Below are positions 30,115-39,473 of a stretch of DNA of 64,000 nucleotides, one piece after another. The DNA lies in contig JBBDMM010000018.1 in NCBI GenBank assembly GCA_040878325.1, positions 83,083 through 147,082 of the forward strand, given 5' to 3'. The position numbers were made by a program, and so were the translations under genes. Source of the stretch: Acidimicrobiia bacterium. GTDB lineage: Bacteria > Actinomycetota > Acidimicrobiia > Spongiisociales > UBA11373. Below the pieces are notes generated by a model. That model was not told the DNA's origin. It saw only the letters and a list, made by a program, of their open reading frames with translations, and did no database searches. Each line of letters begins with the position of its first letter. Positions within the stretch are counted from its first letter, which is position 1.

Positions 30115-30168
30115 CGGCTTCCGGCATCCGCAAGAAATGCGGCGGCCGGCCCCGAGGAAGCCTTTAGT
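30115..30168 (+). terminator. Terminator-like nested hairpin (ggcttcc...ccgcaagaaatgcgg...ggaagcc) followed by tttagt
   Basis: Inverted repeats seen directly, immediately 3' of the hydrolase gene. Confidence 0.35.
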
Positions 30169-30172
30169 GGCG

Positions 30173-30215
30173 TCGCGCATTGCGCATTGCGCATTGCGCA
30201 TTGCGTATCGCGTTC
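30173..30215. repeat. gcgcatt x4 heptamer tandem repeat (then gcgtatc gcg)
   Basis: Perfect 7-nt tandem copies, seen directly. Confidence 0.8.
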
Positions 30216-30286
30216 GACGGAATGGACCCCCTCGTACGTCTGTTACAGTTCATGTCGCTAGAGGAGTTCTCCTCCAGCGCTTTCCC

Positions 30287-30544
30287 ATGAAAGACACCAA
30301 GACCATCGTCGCCGAGCACGGCAAACACGCCACGGACACGGGTGCGCCCGAGGTCCAGGTGGCGCTGCTCACCGAGAAGATCAATCATCTCACCGAGCAT
30401 CTGAAGGTCCACACCAAGGACCATCACAGCCGCCGTGGTCTCCTGATGATGGTGGGCCAGCGTCGCCGGCTGCTCGACTACCTGCGTAGGCAGGACGTCG
30501 AGCGCTATCGCGACATCATCGCCCGTCTGGGTCTGCGCCGCTGA
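30287..30544 (+). CDS. rpsO: 30S ribosomal protein S15
   Basis: [53 protein letters not shown]. Confidence 0.9.
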   Translation: MKDTKTIVAEHGKHATDTGAPEVQVALLTEKINHLTEHLKVHTKDHHSRRGLLMMVGQRRRLLDYLRRQDVERYRDIIARLGLRR

Positions 30545-30697
30545 AATCTCGCCTTTGGGTCGGGTTTCGTGGTTGCATGGGGGGCACAGAATGACGGAGG
30601 GCGGCCTCGTCAGTTGCTAGTTGCCACCCCTCGACACGTATCGAGGCGTGACCACTGGTAATTGACGGCCCGCTCTCCACAACAGAAAAGAGAGAGC

Positions 30698-33133
30698 GTG
30701 TCCGAAGTATCCGCACGCACCACAGTCGGTGCGGTCGAGATCGAGTTCACCACCGGACGGTTGGCCCTTCAGGCCGACGGTGCCGTGGTCGCCAAGGCGG
30801 GGGGAACAGAAATCCTCGCCACCGCAGTCGCCAACCGGCGTCTTCGTGAAGGGGTCGACTTCTTCCCCCTCACCGTCGATGTCGAGGAGCGCATGTATGC
30901 CGCCGGGAAGATCCCCGGGTCGTTCTTCCGCCGTGAAGGCCGTCCCACCGACCGGGCGGTCCTCACCTGCCGCCTCATCGACCGGCCGCTGCGCCCGTCG
31001 TTTCGCGAGGGGTATCGATCTGAGACGCACATCGTCGCCACGATCATGTCGGTCGACGAGGTCAACCCTTATGACGTGATCGCCCTGAATGCGGCCTCGG
31101 CGGCGCTGATGGTCAGCCCGATTCCGTTCGAGGGGCCGATCGCCGCAGTGCGCTTGGCGTACTTGCACGGCGAGTGGATTCCGATGCCGTCGTTCGAGCA
31201 GCTGAATGAGGCGGTCTTCGACCTGGTCGTCGCCGGCAAGCGCAATGCCGAAGGCAACGTGGACATCGCGATGGTGGAAGCGGGGGCAACAGAAAACGCC
31301 CTCCGCTTCATCGAAGATGGCCAGGCGCCCACCGATGAGGCTGCGGTCGCCCGCGGGCTCGAGGAGAGCAAGGCGTACATCGCCGCTCTGCTCGATGCCC
31401 AGATCGAGCTGCGCTCGCAGGTGGAGATCCCCGAGATGGAGTGGCCGGTCGTCACCGACTACTCCGACGAGCTCTACGGCCGCATCGAAACCCTCGCCAA
31501 GGCACGCCTTTCCGAGGTGTACCGGATCGAGGGCAAGCAAGACCGCAACACGGCCGAGGACGAAACCCTCGTCGCGGTGCTGGCCGAGGCCGGCCTCGCC
31601 GAGGGCGACGACGATTTCGGCGCCGCCAAGCGGGCCTTCAAGTCGGTCGCCAAGAAGGTGATGCGCCAGCGCGTTATCGACGATGGCATCCGGCTCGACG
31701 GTCGCGGCATCGGTGATGTCCGTCCGATCGTCGTCGACACCGGGTTGGTGTCGCGGGCCCATGGGTCGGCGCTCTTCCAGCGCGGTGAGACCCAGGTGCT
31801 CAACGTGACAACGGTCGGCATGCTCCGGATGGAGCAGTTGCTCGACACCATCTCGATGGAGGAGAGGAAGCGGTACATGCACCACTACAACTTCCCGCCC
31901 TTCTCCACCGGCGAGGTCGGCTTCATGCGCGGCCCCAAGCGGCGGGAGGTGGGCCACGGGGCCCTGGCCGAGAAGGCGGTCCATCCGATCGTGCCGACGG
32001 CAGACGAGTTCCCCTACGCCTTCCGCCTCGTATCCGAGGTGCTGTCGAGCAACGGGTCGTCGTCGATGGCCTCGGTCTGTGGTTCGAGCCTCTCGCTGAT
32101 GGATGCGGGCGTGCCGGTGAAGGCCGCGGTCGCCGGGGTGGCGATGGGCCTCATCGCCCACGACGGCAACTTCGTGACGCTCACCGACATCCTCGGTGCC
32201 GAGGACGCCCTTGGCGACATGGACTTCAAGGTGGCCGGCACTGCCGACGTCATCACCGCCCTGCAGCTCGACACCAAGATCGAGTCGCTGCCGGCGGAGG
32301 TGCTGTCGCAGGCTCTCGACCAGGCACGGACCGCCCGGCTCCACATCCTCGGTGAGATGAACAAGGTCATCTCGAAGCCGAGGGCGGAGTTGAGCGCCAA
32401 CGCCCCGCGTATCGAGGCGGTGCAGGTGCCCAAGGACAAGCTCGGCGAGATCATCGGCCCCAAGGGCAAGGTCATCCGCGAGATCGAAGAGAAGACCGGT
32501 GCCACGCTCGAGATCGACGACGACGGCACGGTGCGTATCGGCGCAACCGACGGAGAGTCGCTGCAGAAGGCCAAGGACTGGGTGTTGGCGATCGCCTTCC
32601 CGCCCGAGGCCGTGGTCGGCAAGGAGTACGAGGGCGAAGTGGTGAACATCACCAAGTTCGGTGCTTTCGTCAACATCCTGCCGGGCAGGGACGGGCTGCT
32701 GCACATCTCGAAGATCGGCGGCAACAAGCGGATCGACAACGTCGAGGACGTGTACTCGCTGGGTGACAAGGTCCAGGTCGTGGTCCGTGAGATCGACGAC
32801 CGGGGCAAGGTAAGCCTCGACGTCGCCGGCGCCGAGGTTCCCTCGGGCGACGACGACGACAACTCGGCCCCCGAACCGGGCAACAGCGACCGCGGCGAGC
32901 GCGACCGGACCCCCGACCGCGCCCCCCGCGGCGGCCGCGACGGCGCCAGCGGCGGCGGCAGCAGCGATCGTGGCAACCGCGATGGCGGCGCCAGCCGCGA
33001 TCGGGGAAGCCGTGACCGCGGCGGAGACCGCAGCGGCAGCCGGGGAGGCGACCGCAAGCCGGCCGCCGCCCCCGCCGAGAAGCCCGGCCGTTCGGTCGTC
33101 TCCTTCGAAGAGGAGTTCGAAAGCGGGAAGTAG
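30698..33133 (+). CDS. pnp: Polyribonucleotide nucleotidyltransferase (PNPase) with C-terminal RG/SD-rich tail
   Basis: Two RNase PH domains, KH and S1 domains. GTG 30698 after a purine-rich RBS. About 90 aa of GGRDG/SRDRG repeats at the C-terminus. Confidence 0.9.
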   Translation: MSEVSARTTVGAVEIEFTTGRLALQADGAVVAKAGGTEILATAVANRRLREGVDFFPLTVDVEERMYAAGKIPGSFFRREGRPTDRAVLTCRLIDRPLRPSFREGYRSETHIVATIMSVDEVNPYDVIALNAASAALMVSPIPFEGPIAAVRLAYLHGEWIPMPSFEQLNEAVFDLVVAGKRNAEGNVDIAMVEAGATENALRFIEDGQAPTDEAAVARGLEESKAYIAALLDAQIELRSQVEIPEMEWPVVTDYSDELYGRIETLAKARLSEVYRIEGKQDRNTAEDETLVAVLAEAGLAEGDDDFGAAKRAFKSVAKKVMRQRVIDDGIRLDGRGIGDVRPIVVDTGLVSRAHGSALFQRGETQVLNVTTVGMLRMEQLLDTISMEERKRYMHHYNFPPFSTGEVGFMRGPKRREVGHGALAEKAVHPIVPTADEFPYAFRLVSEVLSSNGSSSMASVCGSSLSLMDAGVPVKAAVAGVAMGLIAHDGNFVTLTDILGAEDALGDMDFKVAGTADVITALQLDTKIESLPAEVLSQALDQARTARLHILGEMNKVISKPRAELSANAPRIEAVQVPKDKLGEIIGPKGKVIREIEEKTGATLEIDDDGTVRIGATDGESLQKAKDWVLAIAFPPEAVVGKEYEGEVVNITKFGAFVNILPGRDGLLHISKIGGNKRIDNVEDVYSLGDKVQVVVREIDDRGKVSLDVAGAEVPSGDDDDNSAPEPGNSDRGERDRTPDRAPRGGRDGASGGGSSDRGNRDGGASRDRGSRDRGGDRSGSRGGDRKPAAAPAEKPGRSVVSFEEEFESGK

Positions 33134-33175
33134 CAAGGCGGCCAACGGCCGCCCCGCGATCTGGCGATTAGCCCA

Positions 33176-33217
33176 GAAGCGGTTGGGGTCTTACGGGGTC
33201 CCAACCGCTTCTTTATG
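33176..33217 (+). terminator. Rho-independent terminator of pnp (12-bp perfect stem gaagcggttggg / cccaaccgcttc plus tttat)
   Basis: Perfect inverted repeat followed by a T-tract, 40 nt after the pnp stop. Confidence 0.6.
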
Positions 33218-33261
33218 GGTGACCAGGTCAATTCTTTCGGGCGAAATGCCGATGTGGGGGG

Positions 33262-33453
33262 ATGAAGGTTCGTTCATTCATCGCCTGCTTCCTGATCGTC
33301 ACCGCGTGTGGCGGTGGGGGTGATCCGTCGGTGCCCGCAGGGCAGGACGACGGGCTCATCACCGGAAATGTCGAGCGGTCCCAAGAGGTCGCCGACCAGG
33401 CGAGCGATCGGGAGAGCGAACTCGAACAGATCGTGGAGGACATGGGGGGATAG
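33262..33453 (+). CDS. Hypothetical small lipoprotein (signal peptide plus LIVTAC lipobox, acidic mature part)
   Basis: 63-aa ORF in a locally lower-GC segment. MKVRSFIACFLIVTACGGGG. Confidence 0.35.
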   Translation: MKVRSFIACFLIVTACGGGGDPSVPAGQDDGLITGNVERSQEVADQASDRESELEQIVEDMGG

Positions 33454-33454
33454 C

Positions 33455-33577
33455 CCCCAGCCTCCATCCTCCAGCAAGAGGCGCGCTAGTCGGGTTCTGC
33501 CTTTCGCTCTTCGCCTTTCGCATCCCATAAGGCGCTCTGTCGCGGTGCGCATCGCGCATCGCGCATTGCATTGCGCA
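33455..33577. repeat. Repeat tract phased at 7 nt (ccagcct/ccatcct, ttcgctc ttcgcct ttcgcat, gcgcatc gcgcatc gcgcatt gcattgc gcatcga)
   Basis: Seen directly. Confidence 0.6.
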
Positions 33578-33593
33578 TCGAACATATGTTCGG
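33578..33593 (+). promoter_or_regulatory. LexA operator (actinobacterial/Cheo-type SOS box TCGAAC-ATAT-GTTCGG), followed by a TAAGAT -10-like hexamer
   Basis: Perfect CGAAC-N4-GTTCG palindrome 10 nt upstream of the imuA' start. Established consensus for Gram-positive/actinobacterial LexA. Confidence 0.6.
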
Positions 33594-33602
33594 TAAGATC
33601 GA

Positions 33603-34265
33603 GTGCCCTTGGACCGGGCATCTCTTCTCCTCGCCGGCGCAACAAGTGCCCCTTCTCACGAACCGGCCGCGCCCTTCGCCATCCAGGCAGAGCCCGGCCG
33701 GGTGCTCGGCCTGGTGGGGCCCGCCGGTTTTGGGCTCACCCGTCTCGGCCTGAGCCTGCTCGCCGCCCCTTCCCTCACCGGGATGGTCGCCGTGGTCGAT
33801 GTCCGGGGCTGGTTGTGCCCGGTGGCCGCCTGGGAGGTGGGGGTCGACCCCGAGCGGCTGGTGATGGTTCGCTGCCCCGATCGTCGGGCATGGCGGCAGG
33901 TCACCGCTTCCCTCCTCGAAGGCTTTCCCGTCGTCTTCGCCGAAGTGCCCGTGGGCACCGCTGAGGCCGACCTGCGTCGCCTCGCCGCCCTGTCACGGGC
34001 GCGGCGGGCGGCATTGCTGCTTCGCCCGGTTTCGGGTGACCTCCCTGCCGGAGTGCTCCATCTGCGGATCGAGGCGACGGCGGTCCGTTGGGAGGGGGTG
34101 GACCGCGGCCATGGCGCCCTGCTGCGGCGCCACCTCACCCTGCTCGCCTCGGGCAAGGGGGCTCGGGGCATCGAGCGGGTAGTGGAGATGGAGGACGATG
34201 GCACGCACGCTGTGCGTCTGGTTCCCGGACTGGCCGTTGCGCCGTCCGGACTCGCCGCCGGATAG
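33603..34265 (+). CDS. ImuA'-like (RecA-fold/SulA-like) mutasome accessory protein
   Basis: About 220 aa with a degenerate P-loop-like GLVGPAGFGLTRLGL. It lies immediately upstream of, and overlapping, an ImuB-like gene and downstream of a LexA box. The start (GTG 33603) would make the transcript near-leaderless. Confidence 0.55.
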   Translation: MPLDRASLLLAGATSAPSHEPAAPFAIQAEPGRVLGLVGPAGFGLTRLGLSLLAAPSLTGMVAVVDVRGWLCPVAAWEVGVDPERLVMVRCPDRRAWRQVTASLLEGFPVVFAEVPVGTAEADLRRLAALSRARRAALLLRPVSGDLPAGVLHLRIEATAVRWEGVDRGHGALLRRHLTLLASGKGARGIERVVEMEDDGTHAVRLVPGLAVAPSGLAAG

Positions 34266-35658
34266 GCCCTGCCAGGTCGTCGACGACAAGGGGATGGTGG
34301 TGGCGGCCACCGCCGATGCCGTCGACGCCGGGGTCCGCACCGGCATGCGTCGTCGCGAGGCGGAGGCGCTCTGTCCCAATGCGGTCACCCTCGTGGCCGA
34401 CCCCGGCGCCGAGGCGGTGGCCTTCGAGCCGGTGGCCGTTGCCATCGAAGCCGTGGTGCCCCGGATGGAGTTGGCTGCCCCCGGCCTGGTGTTCGTGCCC
34501 GCCGCCGGGGCAGTCCACTACTACGGGTCCGAGGATGCTCTGGTGGGGAAGATGGTGGCGGCGGTGGAGGCGATGGCGCCAGGGGGCCGCTTCGGACTGG
34601 CCGACGGGCCTTTCGCCGCCCGGCTGGCCGCCGAGGCTGCAGTAGAGGAGCCCCTGATCGTCGTCGACACCGCCGCCTTCCTCGCCGGGCTGGATGTCGC
34701 CACCCTGGGGGCGGACGATCTGGTCGCCACCTTCCGGTGGTTGGGAGTAGGCACCCTCGGAGACCTCGCCTCCCTGCCCCGCGCCGCCATCGCCTCCCGA
34801 TTCGGGCCGATCGGATTGGATGCCCACCGCATCGCCAGCGGGGAGGATCGTCCGGTCGAGCCGCGACGGATCGGCGAAGAGATCGCGGTGGAAGAGGTCT
34901 TCGAGCATCCACTCGAGGACTTCGAGCGGGCATCGTTCGCGGCCCGGGGGCTGGCGGGGAGGCTCCTCGAGGCGGTGGCGCCCACCGGGGGGATGCCCCA
35001 CCGGGTGGAGGTGGAGGCCGAGTCGGCCCTGGGGGAGCTGCGCACCCGCACCTGGCGGAGTGCCCATCCGTTCTCCGAAGCGGAACTGGCCGAGCGGGTC
35101 CGGTGGCAGATCAGGGCGTGGATCGAATCGGGCGGGGTGCCCGGGGGGATCATCCGGATCCGCTTGGCCCCCGCCGACCTGTCCGACCTCGGTCGGCAAC
35201 TCAAACTGGGGGAGGACGCCGCCTCCGAGGATGATGCCCGCCGGGCCCTCAGCCGGGCCCAGGGGCTGATCGGCCCCGACGCGGTGCTCCAGGCGATGCC
35301 CCAAGGAGGACGCGACCCGGGGGAGCGGGTCCACTGGTACCGATGGGGCGAACCGCCGGGCGCCGAGGCGCGGGACCCGAAGGCCCCCTGGCCGGGAAGG
35401 CTGTCCCAGCCCTCACCCGCCCTGGTGCCCCCCGACCCGCGGCCCTTCGAAGTCGAATGGGAAGACGGCTTCCCCACCAGGGTCCGCCTGGGGAGCCGCT
35501 GGGAGCCGGTCCTCGGCTGGGCCGGCCCCTGGCGCCGGACCGGCAAGTGGTGGGAAGGTGAGCCCGCCGCCGACCGCTATCAGATCGTCACCTCCGCCGG
35601 CGCCTTCCTGTGCGAGGTGAGGGAAGAGAGGTGTTGGTTGGTGGGGGTGTATGACTAG
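34198..35658 (+). CDS. imuB: ImuB-like Y-family DNA polymerase paralogue (catalytically inactive type)
   Basis: N-terminus MARTLCVWFPDWPLRR is the hallmark ImuB/DinB-fold start. The palm/fingers region is alignable to Y-family polymerases. The gene overlaps imuA' by 68 nt. Confidence 0.75.
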   Translation: MARTLCVWFPDWPLRRPDSPPDRPCQVVDDKGMVVAATADAVDAGVRTGMRRREAEALCPNAVTLVADPGAEAVAFEPVAVAIEAVVPRMELAAPGLVFVPAAGAVHYYGSEDALVGKMVAAVEAMAPGGRFGLADGPFAARLAAEAAVEEPLIVVDTAAFLAGLDVATLGADDLVATFRWLGVGTLGDLASLPRAAIASRFGPIGLDAHRIASGEDRPVEPRRIGEEIAVEEVFEHPLEDFERASFAARGLAGRLLEAVAPTGGMPHRVEVEAESALGELRTRTWRSAHPFSEAELAERVRWQIRAWIESGGVPGGIIRIRLAPADLSDLGRQLKLGEDAASEDDARRALSRAQGLIGPDAVLQAMPQGGRDPGERVHWYRWGEPPGAEARDPKAPWPGRLSQPSPALVPPDPRPFEVEWEDGFPTRVRLGSRWEPVLGWAGPWRRTGKWWEGEPAADRYQIVTSAGAFLCEVREERCWLVGVYD

Positions 35659-35745
35659 CGGCCGCCTTCGGCGGCCAGGCGATTGGCGATTGGCGATTGG
35701 CAAGAAAGAAGAGAAGAGTCTTATCTCCTCCCGGAACCCGGAGGA
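35659..35745. repeat. Repeat tract phased at 7 nt (ggcgatt x3, then aagaaga gaagagt cttatct)
   Basis: Seen directly. Confidence 0.7.
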
Positions 35746-35751
35746 GATAAG

Positions 35752-35847
35752 AAGAGCGTCCTCCTCCGTCGTCTTCGACGGGGGAGGTGGCGCCGCCGTC
35801 TTCGGCGGTGACGGAGGGGGCGGCGGAGACAGCGGGCGGTCGGACGA
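35752..35847. repeat. Copy 3 of the ~95-nt GC-rich hairpin element (+ orientation), 3' of imuB
   Basis: aagagcgtcctcctccgtcgtcttcgacgggggaggtggcgccgccgtcttcggcggtgacggagggggcggcggagacagcgggcggtcggacgac; about 90% identical to the copy at 570. Confidence 0.6.
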
Positions 35848-35861
35848 CTTCTTCAAGAACC

Positions 35862-35948
35862 GGGTCCAGTCCCTCTCGCAGGGTCAGCCGCCCCCCCTCC
35901 CCCCTTCGGGGTACTCCCCCCGGAAGCCGGAGGGAGACGTCGGGAAGG
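35862..35948. repeat. Copy 4 of the element in - orientation (3' of recQ), forming an inverted pair with copy 3
   Basis: ctcgcagggtcagccgcccc...ccggaagccggagggag; its reverse complement contains ccggcttccgggggga, matching the 25384 copy, and the 5' end matches the 63191 copy. Confidence 0.5.
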
Positions 35949-35968
35949 TGAGGTCCTCGTGCTTCTCG

Positions 35969-37630
35969 CTAATCGCCCAGCACCTCCAGGAACGCCTCCC
36001 CATACGACTCGAGTTTCATCGGGCCTACCCCGCTGACTTCGAGCAACTCGGATCTCGATTGCGGTCTCCGGGCGACCATGTCTCTCAGGGTGGCGTCACT
36101 GAAGATCACATACGCGGGAACGCCTCGTTTGTCGGCGAGTTGCTTGCGAAGTTCGCGGAGGCGGTTGAACAACGGGTCGTCGGCTACTCCCGCTTTGACG
36201 TTCCTCGCCGCGCGTTGGTCCTTCTTGGTGGTCACATCGAGAGTCGATCCCCGGCACGAGTCGCACGAGTCGTCGCACTGGTCGATCGTCTCGCCGAAGT
36301 AGCCGACCAGATTGCGCCAGCGGCAGCGGGGATTCTCCGCCCAGTGGTACATCCGGCGGATCTGCTCGCTGCGCAGGTCGGCGCCGGCCTCGCCCGCCCA
36401 GAGGCGTTCCCGGCCGATCACGTCGGACCACGAGTAGAAGAGCACGCAGTCGCTGGGCAGTCCGTCCCGTCCCGCCCGGCCGATCTCCTGGTAGTACGAC
36501 TCGACCGACGCCGGCATGTCGCGGTGGATCACGAAGCGGATGTTCGACTTGTCGATCCCCATCCCGAAGGCCACGGTGGCGCACACCACCCCCACCTCGT
36601 CGCGGATGAAGGCGTCCTGCACGCGGGTGCGGTCATCCGACGACATCCCGGCGTGATAGGCGAGTGCGGGGACGCCCTGCTTGCGGAGGTAGTCGGCGGT
36701 CGACTCGGCCGCCTTGCGTGACAGGGTGTACACGATGCCGCTCTCGCCCTTCCGGTCCTTGCAGATCTGTCCGATCGCACTGCGCGTGTTCACCTTCTTG
36801 CCGTCGGGCTGTTCACCCTTCTTGACGACGTGGAGGTTCAGGTTGGGGCGGAAGAAGGAGCCCCGCAGCATCAGCGGATCCTCCAACCCGAGTTGGTCGA
36901 CGATGTCGCGGGTGACCTCGGCGGTGGCGGTGGCGGTGAGGGCGAGCACCGGGACGCCGAACCGGCCCTTCAACCCGCGCAGATTGCGATAGGACGGGCG
37001 GAAGTCGTGGCCCCACTGGCTGATGCAGTGCGCCTCGTCGACGGCGATGAGCCGCAGGTCGACCCCTTCGAGGGCGGCGCCCACCGAGGCGTCGATCCCT
37101 TCCGGGGCGGCGTACACCAACTCGTACTCGCCCCGACGCATGCGGTCGACCCGCTGCCGCCGTTCCTCCGGTTCGAGGCTGGAGTTGAGGAAGGTCGCCC
37201 GCATCCCCACCTCGTCCAACCCATCGACCTGGTCCTTCATCAGCGCGATCAGCGGAGAGATCACCAGGGTGGTCCCGCCGAGCAGCCGGGCGGTCAGTTG
37301 AAAGGTGAGCGACTTACCGGCGCCGGTCGGCATGATCCCGATGCAGTCGCGGCCGATGAGCAGGGCGGAGATGATCTCCCGCTGGCCAGGCCGAAACTCG
37401 GAGAATCCGAAGACTTCCCGGAGGGCGGCGTCGAGGTCGTCGCTGATCGTCGATTGGAGTTGTGCGCCGACCTGGCGCAGCCGGGCGATGGAGTCGGGCG
37501 TGAAGTCCTCAGGCTGGTCCTGCCATCGGGCTCGCAATGCAGCGAGCTCGCGACGGGCGCTCGCCGGGTCGCGCGTTGCGAGCGCACCGAGGCCCGTGAT
37601 CCGGTCGGTGAGTTCGGCGGGCTCGGTCAT
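35969..37630 (-). CDS. recQ: ATP-dependent DNA helicase RecQ (helicase, RQC zinc motif, HRDC domain)
   Basis: [57 protein letters not shown], and a C-terminal [18 protein letters not shown]. Confidence 0.9.
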   Translation of the reverse strand: MTEPAELTDRITGLGALATRDPASARRELAALRARWQDQPEDFTPDSIARLRQVGAQLQSTISDDLDAALREVFGFSEFRPGQREIISALLIGRDCIGIMPTGAGKSLTFQLTARLLGGTTLVISPLIALMKDQVDGLDEVGMRATFLNSSLEPEERRQRVDRMRRGEYELVYAAPEGIDASVGAALEGVDLRLIAVDEAHCISQWGHDFRPSYRNLRGLKGRFGVPVLALTATATAEVTRDIVDQLGLEDPLMLRGSFFRPNLNLHVVKKGEQPDGKKVNTRSAIGQICKDRKGESGIVYTLSRKAAESTADYLRKQGVPALAYHAGMSSDDRTRVQDAFIRDEVGVVCATVAFGMGIDKSNIRFVIHRDMPASVESYYQEIGRAGRDGLPSDCVLFYSWSDVIGRERLWAGEAGADLRSEQIRRMYHWAENPRCRWRNLVGYFGETIDQCDDSCDSCRGSTLDVTTKKDQRAARNVKAGVADDPLFNRLRELRKQLADKRGVPAYVIFSDATLRDMVARRPQSRSELLEVSGVGPMKLESYGEAFLEVLGD

Positions 37631-37764
37631 CGGAAGGGACGGTACCTTCCGACACCGTCACAGCATCCGGCTCGCCGAGGACGTTGCCCAGGTAGCCTCC
37701 GATTCGTGGCCCACAGCCTTACGTTGTTGCTCCTCCCCGGGCGGGTGCGTCGCCCCATGGCCCG

Positions 37765-39390
37765 ATGAGATTGGAGCGGCAGGGCACCTCGGCGCGCCGG
37801 GCCGCCTTCAACCGGGTGGCCGGCCACGGCGGGCTGCGGCGGACGCTGCTTGCCTACCTCGCCTTCTGCAGCGTCGAGTTCGCCGCCTGGGTGGCCGTCC
37901 TCGTCTACGCCATGTCGGAGGGCGATGCCACGACGGTGGCGATCGTGGCCGTCGTGCAGCTCGTTCCGGCTGCGCTGCTCGCCCCCGTGCTCGCCTCACG
38001 GCTGGATCGCATCCGTCGCGGCGCCGTGCTCCGGGTTGCGTACGGTGCGGTCACGGTGCTGCTGGCCGCCACCGCCGTGGCGATGCTGGTCGGCCTTGCC
38101 CTCCCGGTCGTCGTGGGCATGTCGATGCTGGCGACTGTCGTGATCGCCATGGGTCGCCCCGCCCACTTCAGCATCGTTCCCCGTCTCGTCGACGAACCCG
38201 AGGACCTGGTGGCGGCCAACGTCGTCTCCACCTCTGCCGATGCCATGGGCACTCTCCTCGGGCCCGGCATGGCCGGTCTGATCATGGCGCTGGCGTCGCC
38301 CGGATTCGCCGTGTTGGCGAGCGCCGTCTTGATGGCGTTTGGTGTGGCGATCATCGTGTCCTTGCGGATACCCGACGACGACTCTTCCGCTGGGACATCG
38401 GGGGACCGGCTTTCGGAACTGGTCGACGACGAGCCGACCACTCGTGTGGCCACCCCCATCCTCATCGGCGCGATGTTGGGAGTCATCGCCGGGGCCAGCG
38501 ACGTCCTCATCGTCGTACTCGCTCTCGACATACTGGCGCTCGGCGACGCCGGCGCCGGCTACCTCAACGCCGCGTTGGGTCTTGGGGGCGTGCTCGGCAG
38601 CGTCGTGGCGGCCTCGCTGGTAGGGGCGAAGAGGTTGGGCCCCGCTCTGGTCCTCGGGGCGGCTGTTGCCGCCACTGCGATGGCCCTGATCTCCGTGGTT
38701 CCAGTTGCCCCATTGCTGATCGGAGTGCTGGGTCTCGGGTATTCGGTGGCCGAGGTCGCCAATCGCACGCTGCTCCAGCGGACCGCTCCGATGAGAGGCC
38801 TGGGAGCCGCCTTCGGGCGACTCGAAGGGGCCATGCTCATCGGCCTCGCGCTGGGGTCGATGACCTCCCCCTTTGTGATCGACCGCGTCGGTGGCGAGGG
38901 AGCGTTCGGCGTCTTCGGGCTCCTGTTCTTCGTGGTCGTCGTCAGGCGGTGGGGCAGCCTCCGCCGCGCCGACGCCTCGTTCGAGGTGCCAATGAGGGTG
39001 CTCGAGATCCTGCGGGGGGCGACCATGTTCGCTCCGCTTGCTCCGCCGATGATCGAGCGTCTCGCCCGAGGCGGCCGCCTGATGACGGTTGCCGCCGGCA
39101 CGGCGATTCTGACCCAGGGTGAGCAGAGCACGGAGATGTATGTGATCGGTGATGGCGTGGTGTCGATAGTGCGAGACGGTGCGGAGTTGCGGTCCCTCGA
39201 AACCGGCGACGTGTTCGGGGAGATCGCCTTGCTCACCGACGCCCCCCGGAATGCCACGGTGGTGGCAACCGTCCCGACCACCGTGGTTCGCCTCGAGCGG
39301 GAAGTCGTGATGGAAGCATTGGCCGCCAACCGCGGCAGCCGACGGGCGTTGGGCCGTCTGGCGGCATCGCGGATGACTCGGGGCAACTGA
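37765..39390 (+). CDS. MFS-type transporter fused to a C-terminal cyclic-nucleotide-binding (CAP effector) domain
   Basis: About 12 predicted TM helices across 400 aa, then GDVFGEIALLTDAPRNATVVA, which is the typical cNMP-binding beta-roll signature. Confidence 0.7.
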   Translation: MRLERQGTSARRAAFNRVAGHGGLRRTLLAYLAFCSVEFAAWVAVLVYAMSEGDATTVAIVAVVQLVPAALLAPVLASRLDRIRRGAVLRVAYGAVTVLLAATAVAMLVGLALPVVVGMSMLATVVIAMGRPAHFSIVPRLVDEPEDLVAANVVSTSADAMGTLLGPGMAGLIMALASPGFAVLASAVLMAFGVAIIVSLRIPDDDSSAGTSGDRLSELVDDEPTTRVATPILIGAMLGVIAGASDVLIVVLALDILALGDAGAGYLNAALGLGGVLGSVVAASLVGAKRLGPALVLGAAVAATAMALISVVPVAPLLIGVLGLGYSVAEVANRTLLQRTAPMRGLGAAFGRLEGAMLIGLALGSMTSPFVIDRVGGEGAFGVFGLLFFVVVVRRWGSLRRADASFEVPMRVLEILRGATMFAPLAPPMIERLARGGRLMTVAAGTAILTQGEQSTEMYVIGDGVVSIVRDGAELRSLETGDVFGEIALLTDAPRNATVVATVPTTVVRLEREVVMEALAANRGSRRALGRLAASRMTRGN

Positions 39391-39473
39391 GCGGGTCAGC
39401 GCCTGGCCGGACCTCTAGTACCGACAGCGAGGTCGTGAGACGATCCTGATGGTTACGAGAGTGTGTGTACAGT

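Noticed and set aside
30545-30697. Possible rpsO terminator/pnp leader structure (cctcga-cacgta-tcgagg)
   Set aside because: Only a short 6-bp dyad without a T-tract. It is plausible as an RNase III site in the pnp leader, but too weak to call.
30617-33145. 842-aa - strand ORF antisense to pnp, and similar long antisense/alternative-frame ORFs (23099-25540 -, 13727-15115 -, 12552-13976 -, 11769-12548 -, 3527-4318 +, 3802-4674 +, 37305-39122 +, 47848-48861 -, 45283-46551 +, 27199-28971 +)
   Set aside because: All overlap confidently assigned genes in another frame or strand. All have Arg/Gly/Pro-rich low-complexity translations. They are high-GC artefacts, not genes.
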